A stretch of 64,000 nucleotides of DNA, from NCBI GenBank assembly GCA_977020255.1, contig CDROCS010001295.1, positions 1-64,000 on the forward strand. The letters run 5' to 3'. Within the stretch, counting starts at the first letter, position 1. Each line of letters starts with the position of its first letter. A model generated the notes under the pieces. That model was not told where the DNA came from and made no database searches. It saw nothing but the letters and a program-made list of their open reading frames with translations. This document shows, in pieces, positions 21,054-31,245 of this stretch. Source of the DNA: Obrimoposthia wandeli. Taxonomy: Eukaryota. A program made the position numbers and the translations under genes.

Positions 21054-22631
21054 TTAAAAATACTGCTGCACCAGATGCAATAAATTAGCAGTAGAACTAT
21101 CGTGCTCCGTGTTTTCACGCTCAGTAATGCGCGATGACAATTTTTTTCCTAATTGCACGCCCCACTGGTCAAATGAATTCACATTCCAAATAACACCCTG
21201 CACAAAAACTTTATGCTCATAGATGGCTATTAATGAACCAAGATTTTTAGGCGAAAGCTTATCAAGTAACAGTACATTTGAGGGCCTGTTACCAGGACAG
21301 TTGTTAAAGTTTGACTGACTATCATCCTTACTACCCAACATGAAAGCTTCAGCTTGGGCTATCATATTAGTGAGCAATAATTTATTGTGCTCAGGCGTAT
21401 CTAAAGGGTGCTCAAGGGTAGCAATAAAATCTACCGGCACTATATTACTCCCTTGATGAAGTAGCTGAAAAAAGGCATGCTGGCCATTAGAGCCAGTTTG
21501 CCCCCATACAATAGGGCTAGTATTATAGTCTACTTTTTCTCCTAGCCTGTTCATGGTCTTTCCATTGCTTTCCATATCTAACTGTTGCAGAAAAGCTGGT
21601 AATTCTTGCAAAGCCTGATTATAAGGTATAATAGCGAGACTTTGCGCCCCTTGAAAATTAATATTCCAAATACCCACTAAAGCGAGTAGAACAGGCAAAT
21701 TTTCAGACGTAGGTGCCTCTAAGAAATGTTGGTCAATCTCATGAGCGCCCTCAAGTAACTGTACAAAATATTCATAACCTAAACTTAACACTATCGGCAG
21801 CCCGATACTTGACCAAAGAGAGTAACGCCCCCCTATCCAATCCCAAAATTCAAAAACATGCTCTTGCGCAATACCAAATTCTTCAGCTGCCTTGAGGTTC
21901 GCTGTGACGGCTACAAAGTGCTGTTTAACATCTCTATTCTCAACATTGCTATGGGCTAGAAACCACTTTTTAACGCTGCGCGCATTAAGCATTGTCTCCT
22001 GAGTACTAAAAGACTTACTAGATATAATAAACAATGTTTGTTCAGGATTTAACCCTTGTAGGATACTTTGGTGATGTGCGCCATCGACACTCGATATAAA
22101 AAATAATTTCATACCTGGTACTTTATAAGCAGAAAGCGCATCACAAACTAATTTCGGCCCTAAATCTGATCCACCAATGCCTACATTAACTACATTTATA
22201 ATTTTTTTCCCACTGTACCCAAGCTTCTCTCCATTGTGTATTGCTTCACTAAACCCCTTTAAGCGCTGTAACGCGGCGGATATTTTAGGCATAACATCGT
22301 ACCCATCAACCATAACGGTCTGCTCACTGCGATCTCTCAATGCTGTATGTAAAACAGATCTTTGTTCACTCAAATTGATTCGCTCGCCTGTATACATTTG
22401 AGCTCTTCTTATCTGTAGAGGTGAATTATCTGCCAATTTAATAAGCTGTTCGAGCACATCAGGTGAAATCTTATTCTTTGAATAATCCAGTAAAACTCCC
22501 GACTCTTTTATGCTCATCTTACTAAACCTTAATGGTTCCTTGGTAAAGTATTCGACAACTTGGTGGTTTTCATTTTGCATTGCTAATTTTTCAAGAGACA
22601 GCCAAGCTGCTGTTTTATCCGGAGTATACAT
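21054..22631 (-). CDS. pgi: Glucose-6-phosphate isomerase
   Basis: VGIGGSDLGP, SSKSFSTQET, DWIGGRYSLWSSIG, QLDMESNGK, GQHAFFQLLHQG, NSFDQWGVQLGK. Start may be 22631 or further upstream (ORF extends to 22694). Confidence 0.98.
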   Translation of the reverse strand: MYTPDKTAAWLSLEKLAMQNENHQVVEYFTKEPLRFSKMSIKESGVLLDYSKNKISPDVLEQLIKLADNSPLQIRRAQMYTGERINLSEQRSVLHTALRDRSEQTVMVDGYDVMPKISAALQRLKGFSEAIHNGEKLGYSGKKIINVVNVGIGGSDLGPKLVCDALSAYKVPGMKLFFISSVDGAHHQSILQGLNPEQTLFIISSKSFSTQETMLNARSVKKWFLAHSNVENRDVKQHFVAVTANLKAAEEFGIAQEHVFEFWDWIGGRYSLWSSIGLPIVLSLGYEYFVQLLEGAHEIDQHFLEAPTSENLPVLLALVGIWNINFQGAQSLAIIPYNQALQELPAFLQQLDMESNGKTMNRLGEKVDYNTSPIVWGQTGSNGQHAFFQLLHQGSNIVPVDFIATLEHPLDTPEHNKLLLTNMIAQAEAFMLGSKDDSQSNFNNCPGNRPSNVLLLDKLSPKNLGSLIAIYEHKVFVQGVIWNVNSFDQWGVQLGKKLSSRITERENTEHDSSTANLLHLVQQYF

Positions 22632-22931
22632 TTGAGCGTCCTTATTCACTGATAAATATAGCATTATAAACATGCGTAAATAAACATACAGCATTTCTAA
22701 GTTATTATTATCGCTAAACTTTTAATGTAGCCATTTACTTTTATTTTAACCTTCATACCATGCACTTTTATCTAACATTCGTATGCGAACACAGAAAAGC
22801 TTCATTTAAACCATTACTTACCCATAGATCTATTTTTAGCAAAACTAAAACATAAATCGCCCTAGTTTAGTTTATAATATCTCTGTCGTAATTTTACTTT
22901 TCGGATAACATATGCACAGAGCTACTGGCTG

Positions 22932-23639
22932 ATGGCTTCGAAACATAGCCGTTTAGATCGTTTTATTAGTAAAAAAACCAACATTAAGCGTAAAGATATT
23001 CGTTTGATTCTTGCTCAAAAACGAATAACAGTAAACACTCTTATTGCTACTGATCCACAGCAAAGAATAGGTCCTTTTGATCGAGTAGTTTTTGATTCAC
23101 AAATCTTACAAGAACAGCTAGCTCAATATTTTATGTTGTACAAACCTGTCGGCGTAGTTTGCGCCAATCATGATGAAATTCATAAAACTGTATTTGATTT
23201 ATTAGAGTCAATAGATTATTCACAATTGCACATTGTAGGCAGATTAGATTTAAACACTTCAGGCTTAGTTTTAATCACTAATGATGGAAAGTGGTCAAGA
23301 TCAATAACTTCACCTGCAAATATAGTGACTAAAACATACCAAGTAGAGCTAAAAAATACGCTCAGTGGAGATTATATTGATGCTTTTGCGCAAGGTATGT
23401 ATTTCGAATTTGAAGATATAACAACGAAACCTGCAAAGCTGGAAATAACAGGGGAAAGAGAAGCCATACTCACTTTAACAGAAGGACGCTACCATCAAGT
23501 TAAGCGAATGTTTGGGCGCTTTAGAAACCCTGTACTTAAATTACATAGAAGCGCCATAGGAAAGCTTCAGCTGTGCAGTAAACTTGAACCTGGGCAATAT
23601 CGACCACTAAATGCTAATGAGATACAATTTTTTAATTAA
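22932..23639 (+). CDS. rsuA: RsuA-family 16S rRNA pseudouridine synthase (possibly the paralogous RsuA-like type)
   Basis: S4 start RLDRFIS, catalytic GRLDLNTSGL, LTEGRYHQVKRMF, LHRSAIG. Confidence 0.85.
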   Translation: MASKHSRLDRFISKKTNIKRKDIRLILAQKRITVNTLIATDPQQRIGPFDRVVFDSQILQEQLAQYFMLYKPVGVVCANHDEIHKTVFDLLESIDYSQLHIVGRLDLNTSGLVLITNDGKWSRSITSPANIVTKTYQVELKNTLSGDYIDAFAQGMYFEFEDITTKPAKLEITGEREAILTLTEGRYHQVKRMFGRFRNPVLKLHRSAIGKLQLCSKLEPGQYRPLNANEIQFFN

Positions 23640-23663
23640 CTAAAGAAAAAATTCTTTAACTAC

Positions 23664-24269
23664 TTAACCATGCAAATGTTGATCATATACTCTTAAATTT
23701 TGTAAATATTCTAAAATAATTTGCACAGCATCTTCCATTGCAGCGTACTGCTTGGATTTACCCAAAACACGAATACCTTGGACTTGTAGTAATAAAAAAT
23801 GACTAATTTTGTCCACTTCTTTCAAAGCACTAATTTCATTAGATTGTTGTGCATTTTTTAGCACATTAGTAAATCCAGCAAGTACTAAAGAATATAACCG
23901 ATGCCCAGCTTGGCTAACATCTTGATCAGTAAGTGATAACTCTAGGATTGCATTTTGCACAAAACAACCGCTTGTTTGGCTATATTGTATTTTTGAGAAA
24001 TAATGAAAGTAGCTTTCCAATTCTTTTAGCCCTGAGTCTGTAGCATTCAATTTTTCAAGGGCAGGAACAGAGTGGTTGTCTATATAGTAATTAAGTGACA
24101 ATAAGTATAAGTTTTTTTTATCACCAAAAGTGCTATATAAACTAAATCTATTTATACCTAAAAATTCAACCAAATCATTTAGGGAGGTATCTGCATAACC
24201 TTTTTGCCAAAACAATTCAACTGCGCGAGCTAATACTTGTTCTGGAACGAAGTTTTTTTTACGTGACAT
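23664..24269 (-). CDS. TetR/AcrR-family transcriptional regulator
   Basis: HTH: LFWQKGYADTSLNDLVEFLGINRFSLYSTFGDK; C-terminal GCFVQN typical of the NemR/ComR-like group. Confidence 0.93.
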   Translation of the reverse strand: MSRKKNFVPEQVLARAVELFWQKGYADTSLNDLVEFLGINRFSLYSTFGDKKNLYLLSLNYYIDNHSVPALEKLNATDSGLKELESYFHYFSKIQYSQTSGCFVQNAILELSLTDQDVSQAGHRLYSLVLAGFTNVLKNAQQSNEISALKEVDKISHFLLLQVQGIRVLGKSKQYAAMEDAVQIILEYLQNLRVYDQHLHG

Positions 24270-24512
24270 TTACAAACTGCTTCAAAGTTAAATTGAAAAT
24301 TAAGTTATTTATGAGATAAAAATAATTATAACTTTTTTTTTGAAGCATTACATTATTAATCAAATGATAAAAGTTGTGCTAGTATTTATCTAAATATTTG
24401 TTGATATACAGCAATACACTTATTCTTACCTGCAACTAATATCCAACTATTTTTAGTAAGAACTAATGAGCTATGCTTTATGCTTTTATTAAAAACATGT
24501 CTATCGATGAAA

Positions 24513-24962
24513 TTAATCTTTAAGTAGCCCTGGCCAATTTTCGTCAGCTTTTACAATAAATCCAGCAATATCTTTTTTCCATTTGTTTTGAATTTCTTTA
24601 TCATAGTTAAGATACAGTTTTTCATTAATTATATTCCAGCGTAACGGATCTCCAGAAGCCCTATCATTTTTTACAGCGACAGCCCATGCACAAAACCCAC
24701 CATATTGTGGCTCATATTTTTCCGGATTTGCTTTAAATTTAGCTAAGTTCTCTGCCGAAGAAAATAGCCAGTTTACCTTTTTATAACTTGTCGAGAACTT
24801 TTTTTCCCCTTTTACAGGTTTACCCTCCGTAAAATAAGCGACTGTATCATAGCCACTTACGGCATTAGAGCTAAATAGACTAGTATAAATCGCATCTCCC
24901 GCAAAGGCCGCTGAAGACCATAATAGAACTAGCACCGATAAAACTTTTAACATATTTTTCAC
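24513..24962 (-). CDS. Secreted YHS-domain-type (seleno)protein family member, Cys form
   Basis: Signal peptide ending AAFA; motifs AVSGYDTVAYF, WLFSSAENLAKFKANPEKYEPQYGGFCAWAV, LYLNY. Start is GTG 24962 or ATG 24953. Confidence 0.8.
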   Translation of the reverse strand: MKNMLKVLSVLVLLWSSAAFAGDAIYTSLFSSNAVSGYDTVAYFTEGKPVKGEKKFSTSYKKVNWLFSSAENLAKFKANPEKYEPQYGGFCAWAVAVKNDRASGDPLRWNIINEKLYLNYDKEIQNKWKKDIAGFIVKADENWPGLLKD

Positions 24963-25180
24963 CTATTTTCGCAGGGCATTAGCCATTTTTTAAAAAGCTT
25001 AATGATAGCCACTATGCACTGGAATTATCATTAATTGATACCTAAATATACGTCAAACTTTTATTATTTAGATTCATTTATTTACTGATTAATGCATTTG
25101 TTCATAATTATGTTTAACAGAAACTTTCTGTTTTGAGCGTATTACTTTTCACTTTGTTAAGAACACTAAAAGTCATGCAC

Positions 25181-26320
25181 TTATTCATCGCGTTTATATT
25201 CCGTAGGAATATCGATGTCACGCTCGTTAGGTAAGATGGGTTTTTGCGCTGCATTTTGTTTGAAGCGCTTTAACTGGAAAACATAAGCTAGTACTTGAGC
25301 AACTGCTTTGAACAGACCTGTAGGCACCTCTTCACCTATCTCTGTACTGTAATAAAGCGCTCTTGCTAAAGGAGGTGACATCAATATGGGTACGTCGTGT
25401 TCTTTCGCTACTTCTCGAATTTTTAATGCTACAAAATCCGAACCTTTAGCAACAATTATTGGCGCATTTCGATGATTATCTTCATATTTCAAAGCAACTG
25501 AGTAATGAGTTGGGTTAGTGATGACAACATCAGCTTGTGGAACATCCTTCATCATTTGCCGTTGTGAGATTTCGTGCTGCATTTGCCTGATACGCCCCTT
25601 CACTTCAGGCTTTCCTTCGGTGTTTTTCATTTCATCTTTGACTTCTTGTAAAGTCATTTTTAACTTTTCGGCGGACTCGTAAAGCACATACGGGACATCT
25701 AGCAATGAAATGGCGATTAAACTTAAACTAATAATTAGAAATGCCCAACCTATTAGATTAATAGCACTAGACATGCCAGAAAAAACATCCATTTTACCAA
25801 GTGAATAAAGTTCTTGCTTCACTGTGTCAAGAAAATATAACGCCAATGCGGTAACTATTACAAACTTACCTAAAGCTTTAGAGAGTTCAACCAAGGATTT
25901 CAGAGAGAACATACGTTTTATGCCTGCTATAGGATCCATACGGCTACCTTTAGGGGCTAACGCTTTACCACTAAAGTTCCATCCGCCTAAACTAATAGGC
26001 CCTACAAAGGCGGCCACAAATGTAACGAGCATGAAGACCATTATTGCCCATAGAGCATCAATTGCAGAAGAGCCAAAATTAATAAACAAATACTTTGTAT
26101 CAAAAGCTTCCTCCCGACTCAAGCTAAAACTATCACTCATCATTTTACTTAAATCATCAATTGTCTGTGCACCAAATGCTAGTATTGACGCTGCTGACAC
26201 CATTAATAATACAGTCGTATTTAGTTCTTTTGACCGAGGAATATCGCCTTTTTCACGCGCTTCTTTCAATCGTTTGGGGGTGGGGTCTTCTGTTTTTTCT
26301 TGACCGCTATCTTCTGCCAT
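25181..26320 (-). CDS. flhB: Flagellar export substrate-specificity switch protein
   Basis: EKTEDPTPKRLKEAREKG, EMKNTEGKPEVK, autocleavage motif NPTH. Confidence 0.98.
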   Translation of the reverse strand: MAEDSGQEKTEDPTPKRLKEAREKGDIPRSKELNTTVLLMVSAASILAFGAQTIDDLSKMMSDSFSLSREEAFDTKYLFINFGSSAIDALWAIMVFMLVTFVAAFVGPISLGGWNFSGKALAPKGSRMDPIAGIKRMFSLKSLVELSKALGKFVIVTALALYFLDTVKQELYSLGKMDVFSGMSSAINLIGWAFLIISLSLIAISLLDVPYVLYESAEKLKMTLQEVKDEMKNTEGKPEVKGRIRQMQHEISQRQMMKDVPQADVVITNPTHYSVALKYEDNHRNAPIIVAKGSDFVALKIREVAKEHDVPILMSPPLARALYYSTEIGEEVPTGLFKAVAQVLAYVFQLKRFKQNAAQKPILPNERDIDIPTEYKRDE

Positions 26321-26387
26321 TTTCTCTCAACATTTCTAGAAAATACGAGCTAAAAATTTAATTCCTAATTGGGAAGCTAAAATGTAC

Positions 26388-27167
26388 CTAAGGCGCAATT
26401 AACACCTGGCCTGCAAACGTGAGCGCATATTCACTAAAACGTTCAAACTGATTTAAAAAGCCTGAGAATGTCATCCAAGTTATAAATATACCTAAAGTCA
26501 TGGTAAAGGGAAATCCAATAGAGATAATATTTAACTGTGGAGAAGCTTTACTCATTACACCAAAGGTAACATTTACTATCAGTAAAGCAGTTACAGCAGG
26601 TAACGCCATGATGACGGCTGATTGAAACATCCAAGAACCAGAATACACGATATCCATAAACTTTATACCTTCAAGTGCTGATACACCAACAGGCAAAATT
26701 TGAAAGCTCTGTGCCAATGTTTGAAACATAATCAGGTGTCCGTTCATGGTAATGAACAACATCATGGAGAGCATCATATAATATTGACCTACCACAACAA
26801 TAGACACACCATTGGCTGGATCATTAACAGATGCGAAACCTAACCCCATTTGGTTGGCAATCATTTGCCCACCAATAGCGAAAATCTGAAACATCGCATG
26901 TAACGAAAAGCCGATAGCTACTCCTATCAACATTTGTTCAGCCACTAAAAAATATGTTGTAAGTGAAAGGCCATCAACAATTGGCACTGCTGGTAATGTA
27001 GGGACTAAGGCAACACTAAAAGAGACTGCGAGTATTAAACGAATTGTTTTAGGTACGTAACGTGTACTGATCAATGGCATTGACATCATAAATGCAGCAA
27101 TACGGACAAAAGGTAACATAAAATTGCCTACCATCTGCTCTAATTGCAGAAAGCTAAGATCTAACAC
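26388..27167 (-). CDS. fliR: Flagellar export gate protein FliR
   Basis: Hydrophobic; QMGLGFA, DPANG, PQLNIISIGFP. Confidence 0.97.
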   Translation of the reverse strand: MLDLSFLQLEQMVGNFMLPFVRIAAFMMSMPLISTRYVPKTIRLILAVSFSVALVPTLPAVPIVDGLSLTTYFLVAEQMLIGVAIGFSLHAMFQIFAIGGQMIANQMGLGFASVNDPANGVSIVVVGQYYMMLSMMLFITMNGHLIMFQTLAQSFQILPVGVSALEGIKFMDIVYSGSWMFQSAVIMALPAVTALLIVNVTFGVMSKASPQLNIISIGFPFTMTLGIFITWMTFSGFLNQFERFSEYALTFAGQVLIAP

Positions 27168-27170
27168 TGC

Positions 27171-27443
27171 TTAAAGTCCTATAACTATTGGAATCGCAGC
27201 GAATATTAGTCTAAACACGTCGGTTAACTTAGTAACCATCCAAGGACCCATAATCATGATAACGAAAATGATAACTAACAGCCTTGGTAAAAAACTTAAT
27301 GTTTGCTCATTAATTTGCGTAGCCGCTTGGAACGTGGCGATCACAAGCCCTGTTAGCAAGCTCGGTAGCACTATCATGCTGACTAACATTACCACGGTCC
27401 AAAAGGCTTCACCAAATAAATCTAAAACATACTGTGGGGTCAT
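27171..27443 (-). CDS. fliQ: Flagellar export gate protein FliQ
   Basis: FQAATQINEQTLSFLPR. Confidence 0.98.
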   Translation of the reverse strand: MTPQYVLDLFGEAFWTVVMLVSMIVLPSLLTGLVIATFQAATQINEQTLSFLPRLLVIIFVIMIMGPWMVTKLTDVFRLIFAAIPIVIGL

Positions 27444-27451
27444 AGAGGCTC

Positions 27452-28192
27452 CTACATTCTAAAACTTGACGCTAAAGTGCCCACTATCATGGCCCAACCA
27501 TCAACCAGCACAAATAGCATTATTTTAAAGGGAAGTGAAATAATTACTGGAGATAACATCATCATCCCCATTGCCATCAATACACTGGCGACAACTAAAT
27601 CGATAACCAGAAAAGGTATAAATAGCATAAAACCAATTTGAAAAGCTGTTTTTAACTCACTTGTCACAAATGCAGGCACTAATACCGAGAAAGGAACATC
27701 ATCTACATTATTTAAATCTGGAACATCAGCAATTTTTAAAAATAAATTTAAATCCGACTCTCTTGTTTGAGCCATCATAAACTTTCTAAAAGGTTTCTCT
27801 GCGGCTTTTAAAGCCTCTAGTGGTGCTAATTGCTCTTTTATATAAGGTTGAACTGCAATGGTATTCACTTGATCTAGCACTGGACTCATAATAAAAAATG
27901 ATAGAAACAGCGATAAACCAACTAACACCTGATTTGAAGGTGTTGATTGCAATCCCATTGCCTGGCGCAAAATAGCAAAGACAACAATAATACGCGTAAA
28001 GGACGTCATCATCATGACCATTGCTGGTAAGAAGGTCAGCAATGTCATTAATACTAAAATTTGAATCGTTACTGAATAACTTTGTGTTCCATCTTCAGCA
28101 ATATTCAAACTAACAGCTGGAATACCAAGGTCTGCTGCAAACAATAAATGTGGAAATAGTATCGCCAAACTTACTGTAAAAAATTTAATCAT
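27452..28192 (-). CDS. fliP: Flagellar export gate protein FliP
   Basis: [38 protein letters not shown]. Confidence 0.98.
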   Translation of the reverse strand: MIKFFTVSLAILFPHLLFAADLGIPAVSLNIAEDGTQSYSVTIQILVLMTLLTFLPAMVMMMTSFTRIIVVFAILRQAMGLQSTPSNQVLVGLSLFLSFFIMSPVLDQVNTIAVQPYIKEQLAPLEALKAAEKPFRKFMMAQTRESDLNLFLKIADVPDLNNVDDVPFSVLVPAFVTSELKTAFQIGFMLFIPFLVIDLVVASVLMAMGMMMLSPVIISLPFKIMLFVLVDGWAMIVGTLASSFRM

Positions 28193-28213
28193 TAAAGGTA
28201 AAACCCTTTACTC

Positions 28214-28708
28214 TTATGAGTGGTCATTTTCAGCATTTGCCGTGTTAGTTGTTTTATTTGGCACTGCCGATCTATTTGCGAGTTTTACTGCCGCTTTTTG
28301 TAAACTGTTTGAGAAGTCAACTTGTTTTTCAAGCACTATGGGAGATTGTATTTTGTGCAATAAATTTACCTGCCCTGCTGCAACACCCAGCAATAATTGC
28401 TCACCTGCGACTTCAACCAAAACAGCACGTTCGCGATTACCCACACTGATTGCAGATAATACTTTGATGTGCTGCTTCGATCCTTGAATTCCAGTCACTC
28501 TGCGCATCAACCAAGCTAGTAGCAAAATCAGACCCAACACAAAAAGCAAACCTAAAGCCATTTGCCATACCGAGCTACCTAAAGAAGGGCTACTGAACGA
28601 TTCAATTCCCTCTTGTTTCTCCACAATCACTTGCTCTGCAGCAACTACTGAATAACTAAATAAGATACAAAAGGGAGCAGTGTAGCGCAACACATAATCT
28701 TTAAACAT
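28214..28708 (-). CDS. fliO: Flagellar biogenesis protein FliO
   Basis: TM helix then SVGNRERAVLVEVAGEQLLLGV; between fliN and fliP. Confidence 0.93.
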   Translation of the reverse strand: MFKDYVLRYTAPFCILFSYSVVAAEQVIVEKQEGIESFSSPSLGSSVWQMALGLLFVLGLILLLAWLMRRVTGIQGSKQHIKVLSAISVGNRERAVLVEVAGEQLLLGVAAGQVNLLHKIQSPIVLEKQVDFSNSLQKAAVKLANRSAVPNKTTNTANAENDHS

Positions 28709-29139
28709 TAACGTAGTCGCTTTATTCTTTCTTGTGGACTTATTACATCAGTTAATCTAATACCATACTTATCATTCACTACAACCACTTCACCATGTGC
28801 AATCAGTGTTCCGTTTACCCTGACATCTAAAGGCTCACCGGCCACTCTATCTAACTCAACCACTGATCCTTGGCTAAGTTGTAACAAGTTACGAATAGCA
28901 ATATCAGTAGTGCCTACTTCCATTGATAAGGTAACCGGTATATCTAAAATGACGTCTAATTTAGGATCCCCTAAAGGGATCGCTTCGTCACTTAGCTCAT
29001 CTAATTCAACAGGCTTAATTGAATCAGTGATGCTATCAATATCAATATCATCTTCCCCAACTGTTTGCTCTTGCATTGCAGCAGCCCAATCATCAGCCAT
29101 GTCATCTTGATTTACTGCATTATCAGTTTCATCACTCAT
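28708..29139 (-). CDS. fliN: Flagellar motor switch protein FliN
   Basis: DDWAAAM, LDVILDIPVTLSMEVG, LIAHGEVVVVNDKYGIR. Confidence 0.98.
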   Translation of the reverse strand: MSDETDNAVNQDDMADDWAAAMQEQTVGEDDIDIDSITDSIKPVELDELSDEAIPLGDPKLDVILDIPVTLSMEVGTTDIAIRNLLQLSQGSVVELDRVAGEPLDVRVNGTLIAHGEVVVVNDKYGIRLTDVISPQERIKRLR

Positions 29140-29197
29140 GCTGACTCCATACCACAAAATTTATTTTGAAATTAACGCTTTTAAAGCACATGTAAAT

Positions 29198-30178
29198 TCA
29201 CTCGCAATGATCTATTTTCTCAATTATTTTAACTGCCAAGTTGCCTCTTGAGACCCCCAATTTACAAGAAAAAACAGGAACCTTATTGGCACTTAATTCC
29301 AATACTTTGGATATTTCAACAGGAATAACATCCCCTTGTCGTAATTCGACGATGTCCGCAAGGGTTACTTCTCTTTTAGCAACAGTTAAACCTAAAGGCA
29401 TTTTTGCCATCAACATTTCACGCTGCAGAGATATTTGCCAACGCTCATCTTCATGTGACTCTTCTTTTTGACTACCTGAAACAAGGTCGCCTTTAATCGG
29501 TTCTAACATTGAATAGGGGTAAACGATATGAAATTCGCTTGTACCACTTTCTAAATCCACCTGGAACGTACTTACAACAACAACATCATTTAGATTTATC
29601 ATGTTAGCCATTCCAGGATTTACTTCATGGCCTATACGTTTAAATTTCAATTTCATTACCGGTTCCCACGCATCACGCAAATCACGAAATAGTGATTCCA
29701 GTAATTTAAAGACTAGCCGGTTTTCGGTAGGTGTAAAATCGCGCCCTTCAATCTTTGCGTGGCGTCCATCACCACCATAAAAACTATCAACCAATTTATA
29801 GACAAGCTTTGCATCCATGATAAATAGCGCTGATCCTTTCAAAGGATCGACTTTCATCACACACATACTACTGGGAACATACAATGTGTGAACATAATCT
29901 CCGTATTTTAAAAATTGTACGTCTTCAACAGCGACATCTGCTGCACTGCGTAACAAATTATAAATACTATTTCTCGCATTGCGGGCGAAACGTTCATTTA
30001 TCAGTTCAAGGGTAGGCATCCGCCCTCGAACAACACGATCATTGCTCGCCAAGTCATATACAGAGATACCGTCGGAATCATCCGTAGCATCTTCTTCAGG
30101 GCTATCCTCTTCAGTATCATCTACACCGTGCAATAACGCATCGATTTCATCTTGTGATAGTAAATCTTTAACTGACAT
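29198..30178 (-). CDS. fliM: Flagellar motor switch protein FliM
   Basis: CheY-binding LLSQDEIDALL, RGRMPTLELINERFAR, IEGRDFTPTE. Confidence 0.98.
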   Translation of the reverse strand: MSVKDLLSQDEIDALLHGVDDTEEDSPEEDATDDSDGISVYDLASNDRVVRGRMPTLELINERFARNARNSIYNLLRSAADVAVEDVQFLKYGDYVHTLYVPSSMCVMKVDPLKGSALFIMDAKLVYKLVDSFYGGDGRHAKIEGRDFTPTENRLVFKLLESLFRDLRDAWEPVMKLKFKRIGHEVNPGMANMINLNDVVVVSTFQVDLESGTSEFHIVYPYSMLEPIKGDLVSGSQKEESHEDERWQISLQREMLMAKMPLGLTVAKREVTLADIVELRQGDVIPVEISKVLELSANKVPVFSCKLGVSRGNLAVKIIEKIDHCE

Positions 30179-30235
30179 TAAGAACTCTGCCCTTCAAGGC
30201 TTAAAAACCTTTCAAAATTATACAAATTCGCTTGG

Positions 30236-30745
30236 TTATTGCATAACGAAATTAGTAAAAAGAACTTCTTCAACCCCAGGAATACCAATCTGCTGCTTGA
30301 TAATTTTCTGTAGGAGTTTAGTAGCATCGCCGCGCAGTTTCTGCTTACCTTCGATGGTGCTAAGCTTAGCAAATTCTTGTGTTGAAAACATTGTATTTAA
30401 TCGTGACACTATTAAAGGCATATGCTTTTCTAGTTCAGGTCCTACTTTAGGGTTACGGCTTTTAGCAACGATATAAGCCTGCAAATAATGTGTGCGTTCA
30501 TCATCTGATATCAATGTAGAAACAAACATAGGTCGACCTGATTTTGTACGTATTTTGGTATATACAGCTGGCACTCTCGCCTCTTCAGCCAGCTCTTCAG
30601 AACTTCCATCTGAACCCATCAGAAAAAAATAACCTGCACCGCCACCAACTAACAAAATAACAACGGCAGCAATGATTATAATCAGCATCTTTTTTGACTT
30701 TTTAGGTGTTTCTTGCGAGCCATCTGCAGCTTTCTCGTCAGCCAT
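30236..30745 (-). CDS. fliL: Flagellar basal body-associated protein FliL
   Basis: KKSKK + single TM; C-terminal VEEVLFTNFVMQ. Confidence 0.96.
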   Translation of the reverse strand: MADEKAADGSQETPKKSKKMLIIIIAAVVILLVGGGAGYFFLMGSDGSSEELAEEARVPAVYTKIRTKSGRPMFVSTLISDDERTHYLQAYIVAKSRNPKVGPELEKHMPLIVSRLNTMFSTQEFAKLSTIEGKQKLRGDATKLLQKIIKQQIGIPGVEEVLFTNFVMQ

Positions 30746-31245
30746 TTTATATCCTTAACGCTGTTAATATTAGATCAGAAAAATCAAGTTATTAACTAAT
30801 CACAATAAAGCTAATAGCCGAATAATAACTTAAAGAAAATAAAGCCTTATAAAAAGTTAAATATAGCCCATATAGCTAGCTAATTTCCAGTAACACAGGC
30901 ACTAAGATGAAGATATTAAAGATATGTATAGCTTTTATAGCCAATATTGGCAAATTATCGCCACACCTATTGATTCCAGCTCGCAGACAGAATGTCCATC
31001 AGTTACAAATGATTCAAATATACTCTATCAAAATAGCTAGCGATTATTTTAACAGAGACAACAAGTTATAGTTAGATATAATTAAAGATTAACTTTGAAT
31101 GGGTTCTAATATCGACTTTATATTTAAATTTTTTATGTGAGGCTATCTCAATTTAACCCTCAACCCTCTATTTACCCCTGTAATTTCAAGCACTACTATT
31201 TTAAATATTACTCACTGTAACTTCTAAATTAACAATAAATTAGTT

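Noticed and set aside
21140-21180. Pgi motif GVQLGK instead of GVELGK
   Set aside because: Gln at this position is tolerated in the PGI family signature; the catalytic Glu (MESNGK), His and Lys are intact.
30874-30889. Possible sigma54 promoter for fliL (TGGAAA-N5-TAGCT)
   Set aside because: GG-N10-GC spacing is correct, but both elements deviate and there is no adjacent FleQ box; too weak in AT-rich DNA.
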